Positions 20,612 through 31,457 of a stretch of 64,000 bases of DNA are shown here, in pieces. Origin of the DNA: a virus; IMG/VR virus record IMGVR_UViG_3300024518_002836, positions 4,076 to 68,075 of that record, one strand, 5' to 3'. The position numbers were made by a program, and so were the translations under genes. Within the stretch, counting starts at the first letter, position 1, and each line of letters opens with the position of its first letter. Below the pieces are notes generated by a model that did not search any database, was not told where the DNA came from, and saw nothing but the letters and a program-made list of their open reading frames with translations.

Positions 20612-22246
20612 TCACCTCGTTTCTGTGCGTTTATCAACATTTTGATTACCTGCCTCTTTAGGCAAGCCTGTGGCTCTCTTATCAGGCCCTACGCTCATTG
20701 AGGGTTTATTCCTTGTGGCTCCGGCGTCCACCTTCGGAGTATCTTTTCCTCCCTGCATCATTTGTTCCTGCATTTGCCCCATTTGACTAGAATCTATATT
20801 AGTTCCAGCATACGGGTCAGTTTCGACTTTACCTCCTTTTTCGCCAGAAGGTGCCTGTTGTGGCTCAGGCGGTTCCTTCTTAAACGTAAACTCACCTTCT
20901 TCATTCATATCCACCACAAACCCAAGATTCTTAATTGACGCAGCAATGTTAACTTCAATTTCTCTCTTCCGCATTACTGCAATTTCATCTTCTTCTTCGG
21001 AAGGCGGTAATACTAATCGCCAATCTGTAATCCCGAATTCTTTAACCACCCATGGAAATACATAATGGTTATAAACGTTCTGAGCCATTTCAACTGCACG
21101 GTTAGTAACAAGGATTTGCATACCCTCATTATTTAATCCACCGCTAGCCGAATTATCCGCCATAAAGATTTTACTCACACCATAGAATGCAGAAATTCTA
21201 TCTCGAAGGTCTTCCTTAACAGCAACATATTCCATTTCTTTAAGCGAATCCATAAATTTAATCCACTCAATAGACCCCTTACCATTTTCTGCTTCAATAC
21301 CCATAACTGGAATAAAATGTTGGTCTTCTTCCATTTTTTCTTTAACTGCTCTCCAAAAAGTTCGCATTGATTCAATATTACGAGTTTGAACAGCAAGCAA
21401 TCCTTTAGGCATACGGCTCTTTGTATAAGAAGTGTTCACATAATTCTCCATAGCAATAAGAGTAGTAATATGATTAAATAATGTAATAATAGGAGAAGAA
21501 CCATACATTCTACCCGGTGAATACTTGCTAAAATGTAATACTTCTCCTTCAATAAAATATTGGTCTTCACCATGAACGCGATTTACATAATGAACCGGAT
21601 AAAGAGTCTCATTTGTTTCTGGATGACACTCAAAAGCATTTTCTGCAAGATACTCTCTATCATTAAGTGCAGTAAACCCTTTAGTTCCACGTTCACCAAC
21701 TTCATCAGAATAAATAGCCATAGTAACCGGGTCTGCCCTATAAATTTCTTTGACTTTGTGAAGTTTAATATCACCATTACCATCTAAATAATACTCTTTA
21801 ACAAGAACAACATAAGCATCATCAACAATATTTAAATCATCTTCTAACTCTTTAAATACATCAATTAACATTTGATTAGATTTATTAACATAACCATCAA
21901 ACATATTTTTTGCGTATTTTAATTGATTTTGATTAGGCTTTCTTAAATTAATAGAACCACATTCAGAACACTCTTCAACAGGAGCCTCATGTTCTTTATC
22001 ACAATCTAAACATTTCTGTGCAAACTTTTTTCGCCATTCATATCCCCGTCGGAATACTTCATTTTTTAATTGTGTAATACACGTTCTAGTAATTACCGAA
22101 TTATGAGCCAAATTAAATAATAACGGGGTAGTCATTAAATAATTTGCCTCTCTTTCCTGAATACCTAAGTTAAACACCTTTCGGTCAGCAGGTTTAGGAG
22201 TGCTTCTCCTTAAGAAATTTCTAATAGACCACTTTCTCTTTACCAT
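20612..22246 (-). CDS. Portal protein
   Basis: 544 aa near terminase; GRMYGSSPI, MPKGLL and RISAFYGVS motifs of HK97/SPP1-like portals; CxxC..CxxC insert. Confidence 0.85.
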   Translation of the reverse strand: MVKRKWSIRNFLRRSTPKPADRKVFNLGIQEREANYLMTTPLLFNLAHNSVITRTCITQLKNEVFRRGYEWRKKFAQKCLDCDKEHEAPVEECSECGSINLRKPNQNQLKYAKNMFDGYVNKSNQMLIDVFKELEDDLNIVDDAYVVLVKEYYLDGNGDIKLHKVKEIYRADPVTMAIYSDEVGERGTKGFTALNDREYLAENAFECHPETNETLYPVHYVNRVHGEDQYFIEGEVLHFSKYSPGRMYGSSPIITLFNHITTLIAMENYVNTSYTKSRMPKGLLAVQTRNIESMRTFWRAVKEKMEEDQHFIPVMGIEAENGKGSIEWIKFMDSLKEMEYVAVKEDLRDRISAFYGVSKIFMADNSASGGLNNEGMQILVTNRAVEMAQNVYNHYVFPWVVKEFGITDWRLVLPPSEEEDEIAVMRKREIEVNIAASIKNLGFVVDMNEEGEFTFKKEPPEPQQAPSGEKGGKVETDPYAGTNIDSSQMGQMQEQMMQGGKDTPKVDAGATRNKPSMSVGPDKRATGLPKEAGNQNVDKRTETR

Positions 22247-22410
22247 AATTATACCTCAATAAGGCTTATTCCATTTTTTAGCTTCTTCTAATTTACAACT
22301 AAAACATTTATCGGCTAATGTATTTTTCCGTTTTGGGCAAAATCTACATCTATATTTTAACGGTACTTTAAGTTTAATGCTAATAATAATTCTAGATAAT
22401 CTTCTTCCCA

Positions 22411-23766
22411 TCACTCCTCACCTTGAGATGTTTTAGAGATACTGTCTAAATCATCCATAAGACTAATTTTACAATTATTATGTAATTTAGCAACGGTTTC
22501 AAAATCAATACCATATTGTGAGAAGTCATAATTAACATGGTCTTTGTGATTTTCATATTTCATTAACTTGAAAATTTCTTCACATCGACTTTTATACCAA
22601 TCAGCCTTTTTATAGCCCTTTTTCATACGAATCAATTCAAGAAGTAAATCAGCATTTGCACCTTTCATTCTAAAATGTGGACGACACTTAGTTAGTAATT
22701 CAGTAACATCTGATTGAGAATAAAAATTTAATCTATTAACTGGTCTAGTACCTTGAGGAGATTTTTGGTCAAGATGTAATTTACCAATTCCCAATGCTTT
22801 TTGAATCTCAATCATAAAGGCTTTACCTCTATCCCCAGTAGCAACTAATCCTACTCTTGGATTATGACTTTTATCCACAGTAATATAGCCATCAGAGTCA
22901 ATAAACGCGGCAGTATAAGAATACAAGTCCTTTTTAATCTCATCGGGCAATTTATAGTTGGCTCCCTCAATAGAAGTAATCCCAATCTTTTTAATTTGCT
23001 TAGATATGGTTTGTGGCGAACACAGTTTATATAATTTATTTGACATTTTTTCATGAATTTGCCTAGAAGAAATCCCCGGTGAATCACAAACAGCCTTAAT
23101 AATAAATTCTGAGATTTGTTTATTGAGATTTTTTCTAACGGATTGATGAGGTATCTCTTTTAAGAAAGAACGAAATTCCTTTTTCGAAGAAGACATTTGT
23201 TTAGATAATCTAGAATATTCTTTAGAATAAGCAGTGCCTTTAATATCTAAATCCGCCTCCCAAAATTTACAAAGAATATCAACCATTCTACTTCTATCTG
23301 AATAATCTTTCAAAGAATTAATTTTCTTTAAATCCATCTCATTATACTTCATTTTCTTAAGAGGAGATTGATATTTATCTAACCAATAAATAGATTTAAT
23401 ACAATCATTTAAATGAGATGAATAGGAATTAATTAAATTTTCAATACCCTTAGTTAATTTAATTTTATTATCCCCTTTAACGGTCCTACGATATTTTCGT
23501 AAATCTTTAACTAATGTGGAAATATTTTGATTATCACAAGTACAATCTTCAGGATAATCATCTAATTTCTTTTTAACTCTAGATAAATTAATATTAAATT
23601 GCTTAGCCATATTAATGGATAATTCATATTCATCACATAAAGGCTGCTTTCTAATCCATTTAACTAAATCTGCCTCTTCAAGAATTAACTCACGCTCTTC
23701 CTCAATAGGCTCTAATTCATCTGCGGCTGCACGAAGTTTACTAGAAGTTAAGACCAAGAACACCAC
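22411..23766 (-). CDS. LAGLIDADG homing endonuclease-like protein with long N-terminal extension
   Basis: YTAAFIDSDGYITV motif followed by typical IQKALGIGKL and LLTKCRPHFRMK segments; start codon uncertain. Confidence 0.75.
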   Translation of the reverse strand: MVFLVLTSSKLRAAADELEPIEEERELILEEADLVKWIRKQPLCDEYELSINMAKQFNINLSRVKKKLDDYPEDCTCDNQNISTLVKDLRKYRRTVKGDNKIKLTKGIENLINSYSSHLNDCIKSIYWLDKYQSPLKKMKYNEMDLKKINSLKDYSDRSRMVDILCKFWEADLDIKGTAYSKEYSRLSKQMSSSKKEFRSFLKEIPHQSVRKNLNKQISEFIIKAVCDSPGISSRQIHEKMSNKLYKLCSPQTISKQIKKIGITSIEGANYKLPDEIKKDLYSYTAAFIDSDGYITVDKSHNPRVGLVATGDRGKAFMIEIQKALGIGKLHLDQKSPQGTRPVNRLNFYSQSDVTELLTKCRPHFRMKGANADLLLELIRMKKGYKKADWYKSRCEEIFKLMKYENHKDHVNYDFSQYGIDFETVAKLHNNCKISLMDDLDSISKTSQGEE

Positions 23767-25177
23767 CTCCTATTACATTAACTGAATTTTCTTTAGAATC
23801 AAATAAATCCAAATCATCTAGCAATATGAAATGGTCAAGCGATTGGTGAGTTGCAGCGTTTGCTAGAGCAAGCCCCATAACTAAATCGTCGTGAGCGCCG
23901 ACCCCTTCAAACCTACCGCTGTCGGTGATAGCAAACATTGATAATTCATCTAAAATGGTATCTGTAACACGTCTGCTCTCTTCATTACCTCTAGGGAAAA
24001 TGATTTTATGGTTCTCAATATTCATTTGTAAATTAAGGATGATTTCTTGCTTCTTCTTTCTAGTAGTAGTAAAATCATGAACATTGAGGTCAGTCTCATT
24101 CCTTAATTCTTGAGTAAAAGACTTAGCAAAGGTGTTAGTCTCTAAAAATATGGATTCGGGTCTAAATAATTGCCCAATTAATTTAAGTTTATTGATATTT
24201 TCACGGAATTCAACATTTTTACTTCTATCCACAAACACAACACGTTTATTTCTATTTTCATCCACTTCTAAAACAAGAATAACATTGTAATCACCATCAG
24301 TTGAAATTGCAGGGTCAACACCAACAAAATATTTATACCCCTTTCGTTCACGCATTAATAATATGTCTTTCTTCCCTAATTTTTTACATTCATCTAAATG
24401 TTCAGGATTAAATAATGATGTTCCAGTTGAAATAGGAATACACATATATTCCCTTGTGAATTTTAATGAACCCACTTCAGATTTACGTTGCATTAGTGCA
24501 TCATAACCCCAACGTTCCGGCCAAAGTGGCTCATTTAATTGATTTAAACAGGGATACCTTCTAACAGTATAAGCATCATTCTCCTCCAGTTCTGTAAAAA
24601 TATCAGTATATGTAAATGGAGTTCCAATCATTCTTAATGATGCAGTATGGTGAAGAGTAGGAATCATATCACCAAAGAACCAATCTGTAACCTTTTTAAT
24701 TGCAGATAAACTAAATTCCTTTAATGGGTCATCAATAATAATTTCTTGAGGGTGAAGACCACGAATCTGTGAACCAATTGAACGTTCAAGAATAGAGTTA
24801 CCATTTGTAAGTGTAATATTTCCCACAGCCCAACCGCGACTAGGGCGGAATTGTTTTAATGCGGGTTTATTAAAAAGGCGGTCAATATCTCTCATGTGAA
24901 CCATAGTCTGTTTATGGTTAGAAGAAATGTATAGCATTTGAAATGGTGGCGGTTGAAATACTAAATTCCATACAGCCCATGAGTGCATGAAGACAGATTT
25001 GCCGTGGTCACGACTACAAATAATAACCGTCCTAGTAGTATTATTCATCATTTCTAACCATTCTTCATGGAATGATGTAAAATCAAACCCTAAAATGTGT
25101 TGAAAGAAATATGGGAATGAAGATTTAGAAATCTCCATATCCATTTCAGTTGTGAAATCTAATTGTTCAGTTTCCAT
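23741..25177 (-). CDS. terL: Terminase large subunit
   Basis: Walker A SRDHGKS, Walker B IIIDDP, motif III IGTP, nuclease GVDPA and HDDLVMGLALA. Confidence 0.92.
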   Translation of the reverse strand: METEQLDFTTEMDMEISKSSFPYFFQHILGFDFTSFHEEWLEMMNNTTRTVIICSRDHGKSVFMHSWAVWNLVFQPPPFQMLYISSNHKQTMVHMRDIDRLFNKPALKQFRPSRGWAVGNITLTNGNSILERSIGSQIRGLHPQEIIIDDPLKEFSLSAIKKVTDWFFGDMIPTLHHTASLRMIGTPFTYTDIFTELEENDAYTVRRYPCLNQLNEPLWPERWGYDALMQRKSEVGSLKFTREYMCIPISTGTSLFNPEHLDECKKLGKKDILLMRERKGYKYFVGVDPAISTDGDYNVILVLEVDENRNKRVVFVDRSKNVEFRENINKLKLIGQLFRPESIFLETNTFAKSFTQELRNETDLNVHDFTTTRKKKQEIILNLQMNIENHKIIFPRGNEESRRVTDTILDELSMFAITDSGRFEGVGAHDDLVMGLALANAATHQSLDHFILLDDLDLFDSKENSVNVIGGGVLGLNF

Positions 25178-25180
25178 ATA

Positions 25181-25477
25181 TCAAGACCCATCCGTTTCTT
25201 CATTATATTCTTTATAATCAAACTCATCATTACTAATATGAACAGAAGGTTGTCGTAAATCTGTTTGGGTAATTCTACTAAGTTTAGCTAAATCCCAAGC
25301 ATCTAATAAAGGAAGAGAAAATCTCTCATTATCATTTTGATAAATACCAAATCCAGAATGTTCATTAATATCAACATATTCATATTTCTTACCATCCATA
25401 ACTATTAACCTTGGCCATTTATTACCATCACCATCTGTATGAGTTGCACCACGTTTTAAAATATCTTCCCATGTCAT
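25181..25477 (-). CDS. MxWxxILK-tagged hypothetical protein
   Basis: MTWEDILK. Confidence 0.6.
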   Translation of the reverse strand: MTWEDILKRGATHTDGDGNKWPRLIVMDGKKYEYVDINEHSGFGIYQNDNERFSLPLLDAWDLAKLSRITQTDLRQPSVHISNDEFDYKEYNEETDGS

Positions 25478-26007
25478 TCAACCCAACCTCCTAATACGTT
25501 CCACCAATTTAATTTCTTTTTGATTACAAATGCCGTTCGCATATCTTCACTTTGATATTCTTCTCTAAATAATTCAATAATTTCTTGTGGAACATTAGGA
25601 TAATTTTCAGGATTTATATCATATTTATTTTTAATATAGTTATTTACCCACGCAGTCTTTACTCTGGGATTATCATTATTAACTCCAGCTAACTGGGGAA
25701 TACCACCATATTCGTCTCTTCTCCATTGAAAAAATCGCAACCCACTTTTTAATCCCCGCCTACCTTTTAATCCACCCGAAAGTAAATACTCACCTTTATG
25801 CTCATAACCAGAAATAGCCACGACTTCATTATTAGTAGTATCTCTTCTAATTAACCATTGAGTTAATCTATACCAAGTATTAAATTTTCCACCCGTTCTA
25901 GGTTCCATTTTATCTGAAGGATTATCTTCATTCCAAAGATGAATTGCGCTACCCATAGTCATAGGTCCTTCAATTTTATAACGTTCTTTAGGACCAAATA
26001 CCATCAT
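25474..26007 (-). CDS. Hypothetical protein (possibly divergent GNAT fold)
   Basis: VVAISGY..LSGGLKGRRG; C-terminal NWWNVLG resembles the tag. Confidence 0.5.
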   Translation of the reverse strand: MMVFGPKERYKIEGPMTMGSAIHLWNEDNPSDKMEPRTGGKFNTWYRLTQWLIRRDTTNNEVVAISGYEHKGEYLLSGGLKGRRGLKSGLRFFQWRRDEYGGIPQLAGVNNDNPRVKTAWVNNYIKNKYDINPENYPNVPQEIIELFREEYQSEDMRTAFVIKKKLNWWNVLGGWVE

Positions 26008-28436
26008 CTACACAATCCTTTAATCTCATAAATAACATCTTCAGATAAACCATGGTTGGTTGCTAAAGCTTTAAAAGAATTTTGCGAATAAACAATCTTA
26101 GTAATATCAGTTGCATTAACATCTACCCTATATTTAGATTCCATTTTAGTAATGATATAATCCATAGCATCAAAATCATTAATAGATAATGTTGCATAAA
26201 CAACCTCTTTACCTTTCATCCGCCTAATAGCATCATGGGCATTAAGTAACGACTTGTTAATATCTGGAATATTATTTAATTTTTCTAAAGATGTCAAATC
26301 AATAATGCTATCAACCACTTGTTGTAATTTAGTAACATTAATTCCCATTCTCTCACGTTCAGCTATAAATTCTTTACTCCTACTATCCATTAAATGAGTG
26401 CGTAATGATAATGCTATTGAACCAGCCGGCCCTTCCTTTTTCCACTCTTTATATCTAATCTCTGCCTTTGAGCCATCTTTCCAAGAATATAAGTGTAAAT
26501 CCTCTTCCTCATCTCTAGCCCTCAAATATCTATTTAATTGGTCTGACGCATATTGTTGCGCCCATTCTATATCACCAAATAGGTTAGTAAAGGACTCAAT
26601 AGTTTCTTCTAATACCTTAATATAATTTTCTTTATCATCATCATTTTCTGCAACAGACTCATCCTTAAGGTGTGCTTCAATTTGAATTAAATCCTGATAA
26701 TTCATATTAGCGGTTAATGTAGCACCCATTTCTTTTCTTTTGACTAAAGGAGGATGTTGACTAAAAGTAGTTCCTAATACATTAAAGAAATGAGTTCCTG
26801 AACTTTCAGAAGAGAAACTTGGTAGTATCTCATTAATAAAAAGATTAGATTTACCCATAATAGGAATAAAATAATATTTATCTAAGGCATCTAATAACAC
26901 CGTTATTTTATCATTAATATCTTCATCTTCAAACACTCTAACTTTGGGGTCCACTCCCGGTTGATAACGTGGACGCTTTAATCCAATTTGAGTAGGTTTT
27001 GTTTGTTTAACCCCTAATGGTCCAGTAAATAACGGAGTTTTGCTTTTAGCGGCTGCTGGATTATCATACCCGGCTTTAGGATGAGTAGTTTCCATATGAA
27101 CTTGTTCTTGACCAGAAACTTTTAATAAAATATCAGAAAGAGTTTCAAAAAAGATAGAAGTTTTATCATTCAATGTTGAAATCTTTTGAGTATACTGTTT
27201 ATAATTATCTGCTACCCAACTAGTTAATGGTATATAAAACTCATCATTACCCGTAGTTTCAAATGCTTCCTTTTTAATTTTAGCCATTTTTCTTTTAAGG
27301 TCCCTTTCCATAGAAGTTAACTTTCGTAATTTAACCATTTCTATCCAAGCATTAAATCTTTTCTCAGCTTTTTCTATTTCATACGTTCTAATAGGGAAAT
27401 TTAATTTATCTTCTAATAGACTATAATAAATAGGGTCTACAAACTCAAATGAACTTAACTCTTTTCTTCTATCCTCTTCTGTTAATGTGTGTAAAGGTTC
27501 TCTTTGAGTTTCTGTTATTTGTTCACCAAATGCTCTACTTCCTTTTGTTTCCGCGTGACCTCTTCGTAATTTAGAAGCAGCAGTTAAATTTTCATAATCT
27601 CTAGACTTACGCCGTTGCTCAAGATTTTCTGCAGAAACACCTAATTCTTTTGTAAGGGCAGCAAAGACAAATGCAACCCAACTACCTATACGAGAGCTTA
27701 ATTTAAGAAATTCTACTTCTTTAGCAGGAACCTTTTCAATATACTCAGGAGGAAGTTCTAATTTATTAATAAGTTCTTCTATATTATCTGGTAATTTAGA
27801 TGAATCTGGAATCTTTTTTAAAGCCTTAACTGCAGATTTTACCTCCTTATATTCCTTACTAATTTTCCCCCAATATACATACATTGTATCTCTTTCACTA
27901 GTAAGATTAATATTCATAATACCCTTAATCAATTCTTGAGGAGCCAATTCTACTTTATCTAACTCTTCCTTTGGAACATTCCTAGCAATTAAATCATCTA
28001 AATGTTCAATAATCTCTTCAATATGTTCTTTTTCTTGTGAGGATAATCTAGGTTTAGAAGCAAAGGTTGTTAATTTAGCACGACTAGTTTCCCAATTTTT
28101 AACAGAACTAGCACTAGGAGTAATATCATTAATATTTAAATCCGGGTCACTTAAATCTTCAATAGTGAATTTTCCACCTTCAAATTTAACTGACTTTTGA
28201 ACATTTGATATAAATTCTCTCTTAAACCTTGTCTCTTCTTGAGCATCAATATCTTCACCAAATTCTTCTTTAACCTCTTCAATTAAATCCTTAATCTCTT
28301 GAATCCCTATATCAGGAATTCGTAGTCTAGCCGTCCTACTTCTCCACTTATTAATTTTTGTATTAATACCACCTTCACCAGAAGAAATTATATCAATCAG
28401 TTCTTGTTTTAGTTCGTCTCTTCTTGTCATAATCAC
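26004..28436 (-). CDS. Large hypothetical protein (810 aa), possible internal virion protein
   Basis: Long K/E-rich ORF with an HTH-like C-terminus. Confidence 0.65.
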   Translation of the reverse strand: MIMTRRDELKQELIDIISSGEGGINTKINKWRSRTARLRIPDIGIQEIKDLIEEVKEEFGEDIDAQEETRFKREFISNVQKSVKFEGGKFTIEDLSDPDLNINDITPSASSVKNWETSRAKLTTFASKPRLSSQEKEHIEEIIEHLDDLIARNVPKEELDKVELAPQELIKGIMNINLTSERDTMYVYWGKISKEYKEVKSAVKALKKIPDSSKLPDNIEELINKLELPPEYIEKVPAKEVEFLKLSSRIGSWVAFVFAALTKELGVSAENLEQRRKSRDYENLTAASKLRRGHAETKGSRAFGEQITETQREPLHTLTEEDRRKELSSFEFVDPIYYSLLEDKLNFPIRTYEIEKAEKRFNAWIEMVKLRKLTSMERDLKRKMAKIKKEAFETTGNDEFYIPLTSWVADNYKQYTQKISTLNDKTSIFFETLSDILLKVSGQEQVHMETTHPKAGYDNPAAAKSKTPLFTGPLGVKQTKPTQIGLKRPRYQPGVDPKVRVFEDEDINDKITVLLDALDKYYFIPIMGKSNLFINEILPSFSSESSGTHFFNVLGTTFSQHPPLVKRKEMGATLTANMNYQDLIQIEAHLKDESVAENDDDKENYIKVLEETIESFTNLFGDIEWAQQYASDQLNRYLRARDEEEDLHLYSWKDGSKAEIRYKEWKKEGPAGSIALSLRTHLMDSRSKEFIAERERMGINVTKLQQVVDSIIDLTSLEKLNNIPDINKSLLNAHDAIRRMKGKEVVYATLSINDFDAMDYIITKMESKYRVDVNATDITKIVYSQNSFKALATNHGLSEDVIYEIKGLCR

Positions 28437-30490
28437 ACCTTCCTAATTAATCCTCTAGCATGTAATAAATTAAAAATAGTATCGTTATACTGTAAATACT
28501 TCCCCTGATTATTAATCATATTTTGTAAATGGGATTCTAATATTTCTATAACCTTTTTTCTAATACTACTAATAATTGTATCAAACTCTGTATAAAATAA
28601 TTCTACTAATTTTTTCTTTTCTTCTATACTAACACCTTGTTTTAAAGCATTATCATATTTACCATTATCATCTAACATATCATTTAATTTACTTCTTCCA
28701 AATAATTTAATTTCAATATGTCTAATCTCTTTAATTAAATCTAAAATATTAATAGTCTTAGTTTTAGATGGAGTATGTTTACGTTGTAATTCTGATAATT
28801 TAGCCCTATCATCTACAACATCGTCAAACATAAAAGCAATAGATTTTTTAAATGGGTCCGAAAATTGCTGTGCTAATTCTGGTTCATCTTGTTTACTGGC
28901 TAATAATAAATCCCCAAACATTTCTTGTTCCTGCCATTGTTGATTATCTTCTTCATCAATAAATTCAAGATAGGCCCAATCTAAAGCATCCCAAGCATCT
29001 TGAACAGTTTCAGAGCTATCGGTATCTTGTTTAATATCCTTAATAATATGATTATGTATCATTTTTACTCTTTTATCATATACCTCTCCACTTCTAGGTA
29101 AAGACCAAATAGGAACAGTTTCTCCAGTTTTAGTAACCATGGTTCCATTAGTAGTAAAACCTACTGAATTGTCTTGTGGGGCAGAAGATACAAAATCTGT
29201 ATACCCACCTTTCCACATATCATCTAAAATATCTTTATATTTATTTTTATTTTTTAAGATATGAATAATAAAATCTTTGAATAGTTTAGGCACTCCTTTT
29301 CTATAATTATACAATTTTTGTTTAAAATTACTAACCATATTATTACTTGCAATTTCCCCTTCAGGGGTTTCAAAACGCTCTAACATCTTTTCTTTAAATT
29401 CTTCATACCCATATTTAGTTGCGGGAATAATCTCATGTGGTAAAGCAAAGCCTAACATCCTTTCCATTTCTTCTTTTGTTGCTGAACCCTGATTAATCTT
29501 AAACGCAGCATCTATAATTCTTTCTTTAACAGCACTAATATTAACTGCTTTACTTTCCATATCAGTAGTTAATTTTTGAGCAAGGCCTAATTCAACATCA
29601 TTTAAATCATGCGTTAAAATGCCTTTGAATGTTTCAGTAAAATTATTTCTGTTCCCACCTTTAGTTTGAAGGGTTCTTAATTCTTTAATCTTAAAGGGTC
29701 TAGTAGATTGTTTTTCTACACCTTTTCTTTTTCCTTTAATCTTCTTCCACCCTCTAGGTTTCTTTGAAGCAACAGTTTTTCCACCTAATTTAGCAGGTTC
29801 TTGAATATTAGTAAAAAATGTAATTACTAATTCTGGAGTAATATCAGCAACAGTATAATTTATACTTTCCTCAACATCGGTATATTTAGCATACATACTA
29901 GAAAGTTTTGGAAACCCTTCAGGTAAATTTTTAGCGATAATTCTATTAATACCATCTCCTAATTCTCCTCGAAATTTATCGAAAGTCCTAACTCTATCAC
30001 CGGGAAAAGCAGAAACAAGTTCCTCTTCTAACTCTCCCCAATCTACTTCTTCATCTTTATTTAATTCTTCGGCGGCTTCTTTAAATAAGGCTAATAATTC
30101 TACTCTATACTCTCCGCCTATTATCCCACCTATCCTCCCACCTTCTTTAGTAGCACCTTCTTTATATTCACCAATATCCTCTTCAAAGGCTTCTCGAATA
30201 GTATTGTAGTTATCAATCATCAATTGTTTTTTCTCATTTTCTTCCCGCCAATCCATATCAGGATATAATCTATCTAATTCATCTTGTAATCCGGATATAA
30301 AATTATTTGCTGTCTCATAATTACGTAAGACAGACCTAAACGATTCTGAATATTTAGGGTTCTTAGGAAGTAAAGTTTTCCCAGTTAAAATAAATCCTTT
30401 AATTGAAGCAGAATTTCCAGTTAAAAGTTCCACCCAAGAAGTATGACTATGAGGAAAATGGTGCGCTTTAAGTAAAATTTGCCAACTCAT
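28433..30490 (-). CDS. Large MxWxxILK-tagged protein (~685 aa)
   Basis: Probable start MSWQILLK at 30490. Confidence 0.65.
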   Translation of the reverse strand: MSWQILLKAHHFPHSHTSWVELLTGNSASIKGFILTGKTLLPKNPKYSESFRSVLRNYETANNFISGLQDELDRLYPDMDWREENEKKQLMIDNYNTIREAFEEDIGEYKEGATKEGGRIGGIIGGEYRVELLALFKEAAEELNKDEEVDWGELEEELVSAFPGDRVRTFDKFRGELGDGINRIIAKNLPEGFPKLSSMYAKYTDVEESINYTVADITPELVITFFTNIQEPAKLGGKTVASKKPRGWKKIKGKRKGVEKQSTRPFKIKELRTLQTKGGNRNNFTETFKGILTHDLNDVELGLAQKLTTDMESKAVNISAVKERIIDAAFKINQGSATKEEMERMLGFALPHEIIPATKYGYEEFKEKMLERFETPEGEIASNNMVSNFKQKLYNYRKGVPKLFKDFIIHILKNKNKYKDILDDMWKGGYTDFVSSAPQDNSVGFTTNGTMVTKTGETVPIWSLPRSGEVYDKRVKMIHNHIIKDIKQDTDSSETVQDAWDALDWAYLEFIDEEDNQQWQEQEMFGDLLLASKQDEPELAQQFSDPFKKSIAFMFDDVVDDRAKLSELQRKHTPSKTKTINILDLIKEIRHIEIKLFGRSKLNDMLDDNGKYDNALKQGVSIEEKKKLVELFYTEFDTIISSIRKKVIEILESHLQNMINNQGKYLQYNDTIFNLLHARGLIRKV

Positions 30491-30750
30491 TATGAATGCT
30501 CCCATTGTGCCATAATATGTATATGTATATTTGAAAGTGCTTCTTGAGTTTGTTGTAAACTATCATTATAAATTTGTAGTAATTTGATAGTCTGAAGGTC
30601 ATCTTTATACGTAGGATTTTCTTTTATAAATTCTCGAAGTGCTACTATTAAATCGTTGATACTTTTCATGCTAGTATTTGCCCAATTGTTAATATTTAAG
30701 GCATATTTATCCCCTTCTTCTATTTTTTTAATACTATCTTCCCAACTCAT
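30490..30750 (-). CDS. MxWxxILK-tagged small protein
   Basis: MSWEDSIKK, preceded by GATTACA. Confidence 0.6.
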   Translation of the reverse strand: MSWEDSIKKIEEGDKYALNINNWANTSMKSINDLIVALREFIKENPTYKDDLQTIKLLQIYNDSLQQTQEALSNIHIHIMAQWEHS

Positions 30751-30755
30751 TGTAA

Positions 30756-30983
30756 TCACTCCTGTATCTTAGGTTCAAGTGTTTTTACCAACCAATTACT
30801 AGGGCCATTAAAAACTTCTTCTTCGGTGATTACATATTCAACTTCGGAATAGCCATCTTCTTCCATATGTAAAATAGCCATTACATTTTGTTTTCTTCCG
30901 GTTTCATTTGCTAATTTTTGTGCCGCTTCAATGGCTTCATATTCATAGCGATATTCCTTTTTCAAAATGTTTTTCCAACTCAT
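30756..30983 (-). CDS. MxWxxILK-tagged small protein
   Basis: MSWKNILKK. Confidence 0.6.
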   Translation of the reverse strand: MSWKNILKKEYRYEYEAIEAAQKLANETGRKQNVMAILHMEEDGYSEVEYVITEEEVFNGPSNWLVKTLEPKIQE

Positions 30984-31186
30984 TGTAATCTCTCCTTATC
31001 TTTAATATTCATAGCGGGTTGTGTAACTTCTCCACCTTCTTTACTACATTTAGGACAAATATCAAATTCCATCCCTTCTTCATCATAAAATTTAGCCCAC
31101 TTATTCTTATCATATTCTTCAATTGAATATCTTTTACCACATTCTAAACAAGGGATTTTACCTTTGAGAACATTTTGCCAACTCAT
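30980..31186 (-). CDS. MxWxxILK-tagged Zn-ribbon protein
   Basis: MSWQNVLK; CLEC...CPKC. Confidence 0.6.
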   Translation of the reverse strand: MSWQNVLKGKIPCLECGKRYSIEEYDKNKWAKFYDEEGMEFDICPKCSKEGGEVTQPAMNIKDKERLQ

Positions 31187-31199
31187 TGTAATTCCTCCT

Positions 31200-31457
31200 T
31201 CATTCTTTTTCAAAGAAGTTTAAGTAGTCATCTATAAAGTAGCCATATCTATTATCTAATCTATCTTCAAACATATGTCTTGCATCATCTTCGCTCATTA
31301 AAAGAGAACCTTCTTTGGCGGGTGAAGTCAAAATATAACTCCCGTAGTGCGGTTCAATTTCATAATATGCTAAGTGTTTATACTCAGGGTGAAAGCCCTT
31401 AACATCTTTTACATCGTGGTCAAATTGTTCTTCTTTCAATATTTTTTTCCAACTCAT
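31200..31457 (-). CDS. MxWxxILK-tagged small protein
   Basis: MSWKKILK. Confidence 0.6.
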   Translation of the reverse strand: MSWKKILKEEQFDHDVKDVKGFHPEYKHLAYYEIEPHYGSYILTSPAKEGSLLMSEDDARHMFEDRLDNRYGYFIDDYLNFFEKE

